Positions 20,568 to 31,264 of a DNA stretch of 64,000 nt are shown here, piece after piece. The translations under genes and the position numbers were made by a program. Origin of the DNA: Methanobacteriota archaeon (GTDB lineage: Archaea > Methanobacteriota > Methanobacteria > Methanobacteriales > Methanobacteriaceae); contig CAWBCJ010000029.1 of assembly GCA_963787255.1 (NCBI GenBank), forward strand, positions 768,001-832,000, in the 5' to 3' direction. The notes beneath the pieces are model-generated. The model worked only from the letters and a program-made list of their open reading frames with translations. It ran no database searches and was not told the origin of the DNA. How positions within the stretch are numbered: position 1 is the first letter of the stretch; each line of letters begins with the position of its first letter.

Positions 20568-21003
20568 TTTAATAAGATTAATATAAATAGTTTTGAAGGA
20601 TTAAACTGGCATTATAATACTTATAAAATAAATAGGAATTAAAGATAAAACTTTCATTTAATTTTTGAAAAATAAAAAGGCAACGTAATTAAAGTATAAA
20701 TAGCAGCGGTAACTAAATATTAAAATATACCTTTGGGCGGATTTTTAAAATTATTAATTTGGATATAAATCAGCATTATGAAACTCTGTTTTAAAGAGAT
20801 TTTATTTTAATGTGATCATTCCATATGTTTATAAACTATAAATGAGATTGTATAATAAGTGATTTTTACTTTAAGCTTATCAATTTTGATAGTTTTAGAA
20901 CTGTAAAAGTTCTTTTTTTATATACTTAACAAAATAAAGGAAAAAATGCTAACTAAGCTTTAAAAAAGCGCATTCGTTAAATAAATTTGTAAAGGTGAAT
21001 AAT

Positions 21004-21591
21004 ATGGCTAAAGCAAGACGTAGAAGAGTAAGAGATACGTGGAAGGAAAAAAAATGGTATACGATTATGACTCCTACAGATTTTGGAGATGCTGAAATAG
21101 GAACCACTCCTGCAAGAGACCCGGATATGCTCTTAAAAAGAAGTGTTGAATCATCAATGAGAGAATTAACAGGTGATTTCTCTAAACAGTACATTAAACT
21201 CTATTTCCAGATAAATAACGTTGCAGGTGATGTGGCAAACACAAAATTCATGGGACATCACGTTACAACAGATTATGTTAGGAGTATGATCAGAAGAGGG
21301 ACAAGTAGGGTAGATTCAATTTCTGACGTAACTACAAAGGAAGGTTACAAGGTCAACGTTCATATAATTGCCATTACAGTTAAAAGGGCAAAATCTTCCC
21401 AGCAAAAATACATCAGAGAAACAATGGGCAGGCTTATCCAGGAATTAGCCGATGGAAAGACTTTCCAGGAACTTGTTGAAGGTGTAGTGGGTGGAAAAAT
21501 GGCTTCCACCATATATCACGAAACAAAAAAGATATACCCATTAAAAAGAGTAGAAATAATTAAAACTCAGGTAATCGAAGAACCTAAATAA
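21004..21591 (+). CDS. rps3ae: 30S ribosomal protein S3Ae
   Basis: RRVRDTWKEKKWY, DYVRSMIRRGTSRVD, KKIYPLKRVEI. Confidence 0.97.
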   Translation: MAKARRRRVRDTWKEKKWYTIMTPTDFGDAEIGTTPARDPDMLLKRSVESSMRELTGDFSKQYIKLYFQINNVAGDVANTKFMGHHVTTDYVRSMIRRGTSRVDSISDVTTKEGYKVNVHIIAITVKRAKSSQQKYIRETMGRLIQELADGKTFQELVEGVVGGKMASTIYHETKKIYPLKRVEIIKTQVIEEPK

Positions 21592-21627
21592 TTCGATTAC
21601 TTTAAAAAATTCATGATTGGGAGATAA

Positions 21628-22296
21628 ATGATTAATCTGGAATATGTGATCCTCGTTGTGATCATAGGGCTTTTAACATACGTTAGAAAGGCCATTGATC
21701 TTTTTGGATCCATTTTCATGATTATCATGGGAATAATAATTATTTTTTCAGCTGGAATTAACTGGCTACTTTTAATATTTGTTTTTCTGCTTCTTGGTTT
21801 AGTATCCACAAAATACCGCCATGACTACAAGAAGAAAATTGGTGTTTATGAGGGAACAAGAAGCGTAAAGAATGTAATTTCAAATGGTATAGTTCCTTTT
21901 ATAATGGCTGCATTTGGCAATTATGCTGGTTTTATTGGTTCTATTGCAGTAGCAACTGCAGATACACTTGCAAGTGAGATAGGAGTTGTGGATAAATATC
22001 CTCGCCTTATAACTAATTTTAAAAAAGTCCCGCCTGGAACAGATGGGGGAGTTTCTCCAATTGGAACTGCTGCAGGAATAATTGGTGCAGGAATAATAGG
22101 AGTTTGTGCTTATTTTTTAGGAATATCTACCGATCCTTTTAACGCGTTGAAAATAGCTATAATAGCAGGTACATTGGGATGCTTCATAGACAGCATTTTG
22201 GGAGCAGTTCTTGAGTCAAGAAATTACATTACAAATGAACATGTTAATCTTTTTGCTACAATTGCAGGAGCAGTTTTAGGAATTTTAATAGTTTAG
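21628..22296 (+). CDS. DUF92/TIGR00297 membrane protein
   Basis: NVISNG, ADTLASEIG, PGTDGGVS, DSILGA, NEHVN. Confidence 0.9.
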   Translation: MINLEYVILVVIIGLLTYVRKAIDLFGSIFMIIMGIIIIFSAGINWLLLIFVFLLLGLVSTKYRHDYKKKIGVYEGTRSVKNVISNGIVPFIMAAFGNYAGFIGSIAVATADTLASEIGVVDKYPRLITNFKKVPPGTDGGVSPIGTAAGIIGAGIIGVCAYFLGISTDPFNALKIAIIAGTLGCFIDSILGAVLESRNYITNEHVNLFATIAGAVLGILIV

Positions 22297-22415
22297 AGAA
22301 GATAATGCATTAATATGTTAAATCAAATAATATTAATTGGTAATGTTTTATTCAGTGGGAATAATTATAGTTTAGAAATATAATTCATTAATATGGTTTG
22401 TAAACAGGTGATAAT

Positions 22416-23651
22416 GTGAAGGGAATCATAATGATAATAGATGGGATGGCAGATCGTCCATTAAAGGAGCTCGGATATAAAACTCCACTTGAAGCTGCTA
22501 AAACACTAAATATGGATAAATTAGCGGAAATTGGAATAAATGGAATCATGGATCCAATAAGTCCGGGAATAAGAGCAGGAAGCGACACATCTCACATTTC
22601 AATACTTGGATACAACCCATATGATGTATATACTGGTAGAGGCCCATTTGAAGCAGCAGGAATAGGTGTAGATGTTATAGCAGGAGATATAGCATTCAGA
22701 TGCAACTTTTCAACTGCAGATGATAATGGAATCATAGTTGATCGAAGAGCAGGTAGAATTAGATATGGTACAGATAAACTTGCCGAATCAATAAACTCCC
22801 TGAAATTAGAGGGCTTTGAAGATGTAGAAGTTATATTTAAAGAATCCACAGGCCACAGGGCAGTTTTAGTCCTTAGGGGAATGAGATTATCTGATAAAGT
22901 ATCTGATTCTGATCCAAAACATGAAGGAAAACCTCCAAAAGAAGTAATTCCTTTGGATGAATCAAAAGAAGCAGCAAGAACTGCAGAAATACTGAATAAA
23001 TTCGTGGAAAAATCCTATGAAATACTTAAAAATCATCCTGTAAACCTCAAGCGGATTGAAAAAGGTGAAAATCCGGCTAATATAATACTTCCAAGGGGAG
23101 TTGGAGCAGTTCCAAATGTACCTCCATTTAATGAAAAATATGGACTTAAAGCAGCATGTATAGCAGAAACAGGCCTTATTAAAGGAATTGGAAAAATAGC
23201 GGGTATGGATCTTATTGATGTTGAGGGAGCAACTGGTGGAATTGATACAGACCTTGAAAGCATTACAAAAAGCATTGTAGATACATCAAAAGGTAAAGAT
23301 TATGATTTTATTCTTATTAATATAGATGGAGCAGATGAAGCAGGGCATGATGGCAAAATGGAAGAAAAAATAAACTTCATAGAAAAAGTTGATGCAGTAA
23401 TTGGCGAGGTAATGAAAATAGATGATATATACTTCATTTTAACAGCCGATCACTCAACTCCAGTTGCTATTATGGATCATACTGGCGATCCAGTTCCTAT
23501 TGTTATAAAAGGGCCTGAAGTAAGGGTAGATATGGTAAATAAGTTTAATGAAAGAGCTGCAACATCTGGGGGTCTCTGCAGAATAAGGGGATCTGACGTA
23601 ATGAATATTTTAATGGATCTAATGAATAGATCTGAAAAATTTGGTGCATAA
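22416..23651 (+). CDS. apgM: 2,3-bisphosphoglycerate-independent phosphoglycerate mutase, archaeal
   Basis: DGMADRP, GSDTSH, GRGPFEA, DEAGHDG, TADHSTP. Confidence 0.95.
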   Translation: MKGIIMIIDGMADRPLKELGYKTPLEAAKTLNMDKLAEIGINGIMDPISPGIRAGSDTSHISILGYNPYDVYTGRGPFEAAGIGVDVIAGDIAFRCNFSTADDNGIIVDRRAGRIRYGTDKLAESINSLKLEGFEDVEVIFKESTGHRAVLVLRGMRLSDKVSDSDPKHEGKPPKEVIPLDESKEAARTAEILNKFVEKSYEILKNHPVNLKRIEKGENPANIILPRGVGAVPNVPPFNEKYGLKAACIAETGLIKGIGKIAGMDLIDVEGATGGIDTDLESITKSIVDTSKGKDYDFILINIDGADEAGHDGKMEEKINFIEKVDAVIGEVMKIDDIYFILTADHSTPVAIMDHTGDPVPIVIKGPEVRVDMVNKFNERAATSGGLCRIRGSDVMNILMDLMNRSEKFGA

Positions 23652-23667
23652 ACTATAAATTAAGAAT

Positions 23668-25035
23668 TTGGTGCGTAAAATGGACAATATGATTCCAAAA
23701 CTCTTTGGTACATCAGGTATCCGGGGAAAAATAGGTAGTGAAATTACATTAGACTTAATAACTAAAGTTGGTATGGCTGCGGCAACATATGTTGGTGGTA
23801 ACGGACGTAAAATCGTAGTTGGATATGATACAAGAACTTCAAATAAAATGGTAGAAAATGCAATTACAGCAGGTATTTTACAATGTGGATGTGATGTAAT
23901 TCGCCTTGGAATGGTTCCAACACCTGTTGTTGGCTACGCGGCAATGAAACTTAAAGCTGATTTAGGAATCATGATAACTGCGTCCCATAATCCATCCCAA
24001 TACAATGGAATTAAATTATGGAATCCAACAGGAATGGCATATACTCAGGATCAGGAAAGAACCATAGAGAAAATAGTTCACGAAAAAAGCTTTTCTAAAG
24101 TATCATGGGAAAATATAGGAAAAATAGAAGATAATAACTGTGTTGTTTCTGATTATATTGATGCCTTATTGGATAATGTTGATATTAACGGGAATTTAAA
24201 AGTTATTGTTGATTGTGGAAACGGGGCAGGCTCGTATATCTCTCCAAAAGTTCTAAGAAAGGCGGGTCTAGATGTTATAACGTTAAACTGCCAGCCGGAC
24301 GGATTTTTCCCGGGCAGGATGCCTGAACCATCAGAAGCTAACCTATCAGAACTCATGAAAGTAGTAAAGGCAACAAAAGCGAATATTGGAATTGCACACG
24401 ATGGTGATGCAGACCGCATGATAGCAATCGACGAAAACGGAAACATGGCAGATTTTGACAAACTTTTAGCGCTTGTATCGAGTAAAATTGGTGGAAAAGT
24501 AGTAACAACAGTAGATGCATCATTCTGTGTGGATAAATGTATGGAAGATGTGGGAGGAGAGGTTGTAAGGACTAAAGTAGGTGATGTGCACGTTGCAGAG
24601 GTAATAGTAGAAAGTAACGCTTCATTTGGTGGAGAGCCTTCTGGAACATGGTTACATCCTGATTTCTGTATGTGTCCTGATGGTATACTCTCTGCACTTA
24701 AAGTAATTGAAATTGTAGAAAAATATGGGCATCTTTCTAAACTTTTAGATGAAATACCGAGTTATCCCACCATAAGAGATAAAATAGAATGTGAAAATAT
24801 CCAGAAAACATTGATAATGGAAAAGGTTAAAGAAGAACTTCCTGATTATTTTGATGATGTAAATGACATTAATTTTATAGATGGAGTCAGAATTTCTATG
24901 AATGATGGTAGTTGGGTTTTAATAAGGCCTTCAGGTACAGAATCATATGTTCGAATTACTTTAGAAGGTAAAACAATGGAAAAAGCCAGGGAAATTAGGA
25001 ATAAATCCAGAGAATTCATTGAGGGGATCTTATGA
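23668..25035 (+). CDS. glmM: phosphoglucosamine mutase / phosphohexomutase
   Basis: FGTSGIRG, TASHNP, DGDADR, GGEPSG, RPSGTE. Confidence 0.9.
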   Translation: MVRKMDNMIPKLFGTSGIRGKIGSEITLDLITKVGMAAATYVGGNGRKIVVGYDTRTSNKMVENAITAGILQCGCDVIRLGMVPTPVVGYAAMKLKADLGIMITASHNPSQYNGIKLWNPTGMAYTQDQERTIEKIVHEKSFSKVSWENIGKIEDNNCVVSDYIDALLDNVDINGNLKVIVDCGNGAGSYISPKVLRKAGLDVITLNCQPDGFFPGRMPEPSEANLSELMKVVKATKANIGIAHDGDADRMIAIDENGNMADFDKLLALVSSKIGGKVVTTVDASFCVDKCMEDVGGEVVRTKVGDVHVAEVIVESNASFGGEPSGTWLHPDFCMCPDGILSALKVIEIVEKYGHLSKLLDEIPSYPTIRDKIECENIQKTLIMEKVKEELPDYFDDVNDINFIDGVRISMNDGSWVLIRPSGTESYVRITLEGKTMEKAREIRNKSREFIEGIL

Positions 25036-26306
25036 AGGGAATAATTCTTACTGCCGGTGAAGGCACCAGAATGCGCCCCTTAACATTAACCCGTCCAAAA
25101 ACTATGCTTCAAGTAGGTGGAAAGCCCATAATTCAGTATAATCTGGAATCTTTAAGAGATGCGGGAATTAAAGACATAGTAATGGTGGTAGGATATAAAA
25201 AAGAAGCAATTGAGGAATATTTTGGTAATGGAACTTCTTTTGGGGTTAATATAACTTACATTGTTCAAGAAAAGAGGCTTGGAACAGCTCATGCAATAAA
25301 ATCAGTTCATGATTCTGTGAACAACGAATTTATAGTTTTAAATGGGGATATTATAGTTGATCCGCGGCTTATTGTAGATTTGATTGCTAAATATGAATCG
25401 GAAGGTGCATCATCACTTTTAATGCTCACTGAAGTTGAAGATCCCTCTTTATTTGGCGTTGTAGAAATGGAAGGTAACATAATAAAGAACATTATTGAAA
25501 AACCATCCCTCGAAGAAGCTCCAAGTAATCTCATAAATGCAGGAATTTATGTATTTGATAAGACCATCTTTGAGGCTATCCGTAAGACAGAAAAGTCTGA
25601 AAGAGGAGAATATGAAATAACAGATTCTCTTAAAATCCAGATGAGCGAAAATAAGAAGGTTATAGGCTTAAAATCTAAAGATAAATGGATAGATATAGGG
25701 CGGCCTTGGGAGCTTCTGGATGTAAATGAGCACTTTATAAGTGGAATGAAGGAGAAAATCCAGGGGGAAATTGAAGAAGGCGTTACCATTCACGGCCCGG
25801 TAATCCTTGGAAAAAACAGCATCATTCGCTCTGGAACATACATTTTTGGCCCGGTATTTATTGGAGAAGGATGTGATATAGGTCCTAATTCTTATTTAAG
25901 GAAATGTACTTACTTGGGAAATAATGTTAATGTTGGCAATGCTGTCGAGATTAAAAATTCAATTATAATGGACGGAAGTAATGTTAATCACCTCTCTTAC
26001 GTGGGGGATTCAGTTATAGGTGCTAATTGTAATATTGCTGCAGGTACAAACATCGCAAACCTGCGTTTTGATAATAAAAACGTTAAGATGAACATTAAAG
26101 GAGAAAAATGTGATTGTGGCATAAGAAAGCTTGGCGCTATTTTTGGAGATAACGTGAAAACTGGTATAAATTCAAGTTTTAATCCTGGAGTAAAAGTCGG
26201 TATGAATGCAGCAATAGGTTCTGGAACTGTAATTTATGAGGATATACCTTCAAACACACTTATTCTGGTAAAACAAGAATATAAAATCGTAAAATATAAT
26301 GAATAA
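25032..26306 (+). CDS. glmU: bifunctional sugar-1-phosphate nucleotidylyltransferase/acetyltransferase (archaeal GlmU-like)
   Basis: LTAGEGTRMRPLT..PK plus C-terminal hexapeptide repeats and HLSYVGDS. Confidence 0.85.
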   Translation: MKGIILTAGEGTRMRPLTLTRPKTMLQVGGKPIIQYNLESLRDAGIKDIVMVVGYKKEAIEEYFGNGTSFGVNITYIVQEKRLGTAHAIKSVHDSVNNEFIVLNGDIIVDPRLIVDLIAKYESEGASSLLMLTEVEDPSLFGVVEMEGNIIKNIIEKPSLEEAPSNLINAGIYVFDKTIFEAIRKTEKSERGEYEITDSLKIQMSENKKVIGLKSKDKWIDIGRPWELLDVNEHFISGMKEKIQGEIEEGVTIHGPVILGKNSIIRSGTYIFGPVFIGEGCDIGPNSYLRKCTYLGNNVNVGNAVEIKNSIIMDGSNVNHLSYVGDSVIGANCNIAAGTNIANLRFDNKNVKMNIKGEKCDCGIRKLGAIFGDNVKTGINSSFNPGVKVGMNAAIGSGTVIYEDIPSNTLILVKQEYKIVKYNE

Positions 26307-26345
26307 TTTCATTATATTTCTTATTATTAAACAATTATTTTTTAC

Positions 26346-26831
26346 ATGGAGTTTAAGATGAGCACTATACATCAAAGCGTTAAAGTATTTGAAGGTGCAC
26401 AGATAATAGAAAACGTTGAAATAGATGAGGACAGTTCAATATGGTATAATGCGGTTATTAGGGGTGATATGAGCCCAATAAAAATTGGAAAATGCTCTAA
26501 TGTTCAGGATAACTGTGTCATCCACTCTTCTTATACATTTCCAGTTATATTGGGAAACTACGTTTCAATAGGACACGCAGCAGTATTGCATGGATGTAAA
26601 ATTGGTGATAATACAATAATTGGAATTAATTCCACAGTTTTAAATGGTGCAAAAATTGGTAAAAACTCAATTGTAGGTGCTGGAGCAGTAGTTACAGAGG
26701 GAAAAGAGTTTGAAGAAGGAATTTTAATATTAGGAGTACCTGCAAAAGCCATAAGAAAACTTACAAATGAAGAAATAGATAATATTAAAGAGAACGCACT
26801 TAGATACAAGAAAGTGGCACAAGGAAAGTGA
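26346..26831 (+). CDS. gamma-class carbonic anhydrase family protein
   Basis: VIRGD, SNVQDNCVIH, IGHAAVLHGC hexapeptide repeats. Confidence 0.9.
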   Translation: MEFKMSTIHQSVKVFEGAQIIENVEIDEDSSIWYNAVIRGDMSPIKIGKCSNVQDNCVIHSSYTFPVILGNYVSIGHAAVLHGCKIGDNTIIGINSTVLNGAKIGKNSIVGAGAVVTEGKEFEEGILILGVPAKAIRKLTNEEIDNIKENALRYKKVAQGK

Positions 26832-26835
26832 TATC

Positions 26836-27936
26836 ATGGTAAAAGTGAAGAAAACCGTAAAAGAACTTAATCCTTACATTCCCGGAAGATCGATTGACGA
26901 AATAGCAGCTAAATATAATATTAGCAAGAATGATATAATAAAACTTGGATCAAATGAAAATCCACTGGGAGTGTCAAAAAAAGCAGTGGAAGCGGTAAAT
27001 CAAACAGTTATTTCAATACATCAATATCCTGAATCAAATTTGGAAGATTTAAAAGATAAAATAGCTCAATATGCAGGTGTTCAAGCTTCTAATATAATTG
27101 TTGGTGGCGATGGAGCAGATGAAATTCTAGATGTTCTTGGTAAAACTCTAATGGAACCTGGAGATGAGTTTATTGTGCCTCTCCCATCATATATGTACTA
27201 CGAATTCACCTTGAAAATACAAGGGGGAGTTCCAGTCTATGCAAAATGGGACGTAGAAGAAAATAAGCTTGATGTAGATTCAGTTTTAGATGCTATATCT
27301 CGAAAAACAAAAATAATCTTTTTATGCACCCCAAATAACCCTACTGGCGGTTTGATAGATAAAGAAGATATTAAAAAAGTGCTTGAAACTAAAGACGTTC
27401 TTGTAGTTGTTGATGAGGCATATTTCGAGTTTTCAGAAGTGGATAACATTGATTTACTGGAAGATTATGATAATTTATTAATATTAAGAACCTTTTCAAA
27501 GGTTTTTGGACTTGCAGGGATGAGAATTGGTTATGCAATCTCAAATCCCAAGTTTATAGAATACATGCACCGCGTAAAGCCAGTTTTCAGCTTAACAAAA
27601 CTTTCATACGTAGCTGCACTGGCAACACTGGATGATGAAGAATATATAAAGGAATCCATCCAAATAGGGATCCGAAGCAGAGAATATCTCTATGAAAATA
27701 TGTCAAAATTTGATAAAATCCATGTTTACCCTTCCAAAGCAAATTATTTGCTTGCAGATATTAGAAAAACTGGAATGAACTCTAAAGAATTCACAGAAGA
27801 GCTTTTAAAAAGAGGGATTATTGTGAGGGACTGCAACTCCTTTAAAGGACTAGATGAATACTGGATAAGGGTAAGTGTGGGAACTTTAGAAGAAGATACC
27901 CGCTTTATTGAAATTTTGCATGATTTAATTGGATAA
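26836..27936 (+). CDS. hisC: histidinol-phosphate aminotransferase
   Basis: KLGSNENP, PNNPTG, DEAY, RTFSKVFGLAGMRIG. Confidence 0.93.
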   Translation: MVKVKKTVKELNPYIPGRSIDEIAAKYNISKNDIIKLGSNENPLGVSKKAVEAVNQTVISIHQYPESNLEDLKDKIAQYAGVQASNIIVGGDGADEILDVLGKTLMEPGDEFIVPLPSYMYYEFTLKIQGGVPVYAKWDVEENKLDVDSVLDAISRKTKIIFLCTPNNPTGGLIDKEDIKKVLETKDVLVVVDEAYFEFSEVDNIDLLEDYDNLLILRTFSKVFGLAGMRIGYAISNPKFIEYMHRVKPVFSLTKLSYVAALATLDDEEYIKESIQIGIRSREYLYENMSKFDKIHVYPSKANYLLADIRKTGMNSKEFTEELLKRGIIVRDCNSFKGLDEYWIRVSVGTLEEDTRFIEILHDLIG

Positions 27937-27972
27937 ATTCTAATTTAATGGGTAATATCGAGTCGATAATAA

Positions 27973-28671
27973 ATGATAATAGGTGAAGTAATTATATCCT
28001 CTCTGGAATATCCAGAAAAAATCTCTCTTGTTATTTTTACAGGAGGATGTACTCTAAAATGTCCTTACTGTCATAATCCGGAAATAATAAGTGGCGGAAA
28101 ATCAGTAGGAATTGCAGAAATTATAAATGAAATTGAAAACTCAATGGATTTTATAGATAGTGTTGTAATAACTGGTGGGGAGCCTCTTATGCAGTACAAA
28201 GATGTTGAAAAAATATTTAAGTATTGCAAAAAGAAAGGATTGAAGACCAAACTTGATACAAACGGATGCTTTCCGGAAAGACTGGAAAAAATCCTAAAAT
28301 TACTGGATTATGTAGCATTGGATATTAAAGCACCATTTCAAAAGTACGAAGAAATCATTGGCTCAGCTATTGGGGATGAGGTAAAAAAAAGCATGGAAGC
28401 ATGCATAAAAGAGAAAGTTTACCTTGAATGTAGAACAACCTATGTGCCATACTTAATGGAAATTGAAGATATAATAGAAATTGCAAAAAATATAAATGCA
28501 GATATGTATACACTGCAGCAATTCCGTGATAAGAGCGTACTTGACAAAAGGCTTTATGGCACTCCAGTTCCTTCAAGGATGAAGTTACAAAAAATTGCCA
28601 CCATAATAAAACCATTCCAGAAAAAAGTAAAGATAAAAACAGCAGAATTCGGGGAAGAACCAATAAACTAA
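27973..28671 (+). CDS. anaerobic ribonucleotide reductase activating-type radical SAM protein
   Basis: GCTLKCPYCHNP, TGGEP, KLDTNG, DIKAP. Confidence 0.85.
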   Translation: MIIGEVIISSLEYPEKISLVIFTGGCTLKCPYCHNPEIISGGKSVGIAEIINEIENSMDFIDSVVITGGEPLMQYKDVEKIFKYCKKKGLKTKLDTNGCFPERLEKILKLLDYVALDIKAPFQKYEEIIGSAIGDEVKKSMEACIKEKVYLECRTTYVPYLMEIEDIIEIAKNINADMYTLQQFRDKSVLDKRLYGTPVPSRMKLQKIATIIKPFQKKVKIKTAEFGEEPIN

Positions 28672-28696
28672 ACAGCAAAAAAAGACTTTTTGATAT

Positions 28697-29842
28697 ATGG
28701 AGGTTAAAATGCCCATATTATTATTTGGAAGCAGTCATCTTGAACTTATAACTGGTAAAAAAACCATTACGATTCGAAAATTGTGGAAAAAACCATTAGC
28801 TCCGGGTGATCGTCTACACTGTTACTGGAATCTTGTGTCCAAGGAACGTAAAAAGCTGTTTGAGGCAGAAGTAACAGGAGTGGAAATTGCTGAATTTAAA
28901 GATATCATCAAAAACGACAGGCTTGCAAGGGAAGAAGGTTACACAAACGCCAGTGAATTGGAAAACGAATTTCGAAAGATGTATCCTGACGATACTGATG
29001 ATAATTCTTTATTCCAAATAATAAGATTTAATAAATACCCTGTTGAAGAATGGGAAGGCGAAAAAATCGATGAAAAGGCGATGATAACTAAAAGAGCGGA
29101 TATATTATTCGATGCCGGTAAATATGGTGATTCTGTAATGTGCTACGCTGCAGCACTGAAATTTGACCCTAAAGATGTTTATCTGCTAAATAGGAGAGGA
29201 GATAACCTAACTAGGCTGGGTAAATTTGACGAAGCTATTCAAAATTATGATAATGCTTTAAAAATCAACCCTGAAAATGAGTTTATTTGGAATAACAAGG
29301 CAATAGCACTTTTAAACTCTAATAAACCAGAAAATGCTTTGAAATGCAACACAAAAGCTCTTAAATTGAATAAAAATAATGTAGTTGTTTTGTATTGGAG
29401 AGGATTTATTTTAGAGATGCTAGAGAGGCTTGAAGATTCATTAAAGTGTTATGACAGAATTCTAGAGTTAGATCCTGAAAATCCAGAGGTATGGAATGCC
29501 AGGGGTAATGTTTTTAGCCAGCTTGAAATGACAGAAGAGGCACTTGCATCTTATGATAAAGCTCTTGAACTATGTCTTGATGAATCACCTGACGCTTCAA
29601 CCTGGAATCGTAAAGGAAACGCTCTTATGGAGCTTGGAAGGTTTAAAGAAGCTATAAAGTGTTATGGTGAGGCATTAAAACTGGATCCGAAGAATGATAT
29701 ATTTTTAAGTAACAGAGGAGTTGCTTTAATGGAGTTAGGAGAATTTGAAAAGGCAGTTGAATGTTTTAATAGGGCATTACTTGAAAATCCTGAAAATGAG
29801 GATGCCCGGGTATTAAAAGATGAATGTCTGGAAAATTATTAA
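28697..29842 (+). CDS. ASCH-domain + TPR-repeat protein
   Basis: N-terminal GKKTITIRK...GD and AREEG (ASCH/PUA-like), followed by multiple TPRs (W.NKG..L...G.F.EA..CY..AL..DP). Confidence 0.8.
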   Translation: MEVKMPILLFGSSHLELITGKKTITIRKLWKKPLAPGDRLHCYWNLVSKERKKLFEAEVTGVEIAEFKDIIKNDRLAREEGYTNASELENEFRKMYPDDTDDNSLFQIIRFNKYPVEEWEGEKIDEKAMITKRADILFDAGKYGDSVMCYAAALKFDPKDVYLLNRRGDNLTRLGKFDEAIQNYDNALKINPENEFIWNNKAIALLNSNKPENALKCNTKALKLNKNNVVVLYWRGFILEMLERLEDSLKCYDRILELDPENPEVWNARGNVFSQLEMTEEALASYDKALELCLDESPDASTWNRKGNALMELGRFKEAIKCYGEALKLDPKNDIFLSNRGVALMELGEFEKAVECFNRALLENPENEDARVLKDECLENY

Positions 29843-29864
29843 TTCTTTATAAACTATAAAATAA

Positions 29865-30314
29865 CTAAAGGACAGTTAACACGGGGCATGGAGCTTTTCT
29901 TACCACTTTTACGGCAGTACTTCCCATTAGAAATTGATTTATGCCTTTTTTACCTGATTTTCCCATTACCACAAGATCTATTCCTTCTTCATCAATTATT
30001 TTTAATATTTCGGTTGCAGGATTGCCTTCTCTTATTTTAGGAGAAATTATAATGTCATTTTTACATTTTCCGTCAATTTTCATTTCAGTTAATATTTCTG
30101 GTACTCTATCTACGGATTCTTTGGCACTGTCTGCTAAAATATCCTCCATTCTATTTATAAATGTAGATTGGGCTGTTAATTCTAAATAATAATTTTCTAT
30201 AACATTTAAAGCAATAATATCTGCATTCATCTGACATGCAATCCATATGGCATGTCTTGCAGCATTATTTGAATGTATTGAGCCATCTGTGGGTACTAAT
30301 ATTTTATTATACAT
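29865..30314 (-). CDS. universal stress protein
   Basis: KILVPTDGS, DLVVMG..G.....MGS.A.KV....PCPVL. Confidence 0.95.
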   Translation of the reverse strand: MYNKILVPTDGSIHSNNAARHAIWIACQMNADIIALNVIENYYLELTAQSTFINRMEDILADSAKESVDRVPEILTEMKIDGKCKNDIIISPKIREGNPATEILKIIDEEGIDLVVMGKSGKKGINQFLMGSTAVKVVRKAPCPVLTVL

Positions 30315-30699
30315 GTTTTCATCCTATTTTTATAAAATATCTAAATTGACATTTTTAGTCCGGTTTGCATAGCCTCTAGAGGTTAAATATATAAATTGAA
30401 TTTGGAGAATTTCTTGTTTCTGGATTAGGGAAGAATTTTTTATGGTTGATCACCAATTTATCTATCCTGGGGCCCGGGAGGAATAAACTCAACTATGGTA
30501 ATATCAAACCGGTATAATGTCTATGGAATTTTATCCTATAAATATTTTCACATTAAGCTTAATGTAGTACACTTTTTATGTACTATGGGACGTATTTAAA
30601 AGGATATATTATTCCATGCGGAAAATGTGCTAATTACTAATTATCAGTTCATTTTAAATTAATCGGCAAAGAGTTTGATAAGATGATGGGATTAATTTT

Positions 30700-30903
30700 T
30701 CATTTGATTAAATAGTTTATAATTTTGTTTATGGAAATGGCTATGGATGCACATAAAAGGGAAAAACCTATTAAAAAACCGGTAAACAGGATAAAAATAG
30801 TTATAATTTCCATTAATGGTAAATTATTTTGAAAACCTTTTATAAATATAAATGCTCCAGTTACTAGGATAACACTAGGTACTATTATAAAGTCACTTCT
30901 CAT
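30700..30903 (-). CDS. small two-TM hypothetical membrane protein
   Basis: 67-aa hydrophobic ORF. Confidence 0.45.
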   Translation of the reverse strand: MRSDFIIVPSVILVTGAFIFIKGFQNNLPLMEIITIFILFTGFLIGFSLLCASIAISINKIINYLIK

Positions 30904-31152
30904 ACTATTAATATTATATTTTAAAATAGTAATATTATTTTTGTTTTGGTCCCTTAGGTAATATAAAGTAAAATGTGGACTCCCTAATTTAGATTCTACC
31001 CAAATTCTACATCATGTGCGATTTTCTTATTTTTTGAGATATTGATATTTAATGGATATTCTCCTTGCCAAGTAATCAAAAAGCAAAAATTGATTCTCAT
31101 TAAACTATTTAATATTTGAAGTCAAATTAGGATCATAGGAAAAAGGTTTATA

Positions 31153-31170
31153 ATATAACAATTGTTATAT
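31153..31170. promoter_or_regulatory. perfect 18-bp palindrome directly after the putative pdxS TATA box (candidate operator)
   Basis: ATATAACAATTGTTATAT immediately downstream of AAAAGG-TTTATA. Confidence 0.45.
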
Positions 31171-31264
31171 AACCAAGATATGAATGTTGAAAAATTAGCA
31201 TATTGCTTTTTGACTTTAGAACATTTCATAATAAATGAATTTAGAAAGAATTTGGAGGAATTTT

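Noticed and set aside
20850-20990. Short hairpins in the rps3ae leader
   Set aside because: Stems of 6-7 mostly AT pairs are expected by chance at this base composition
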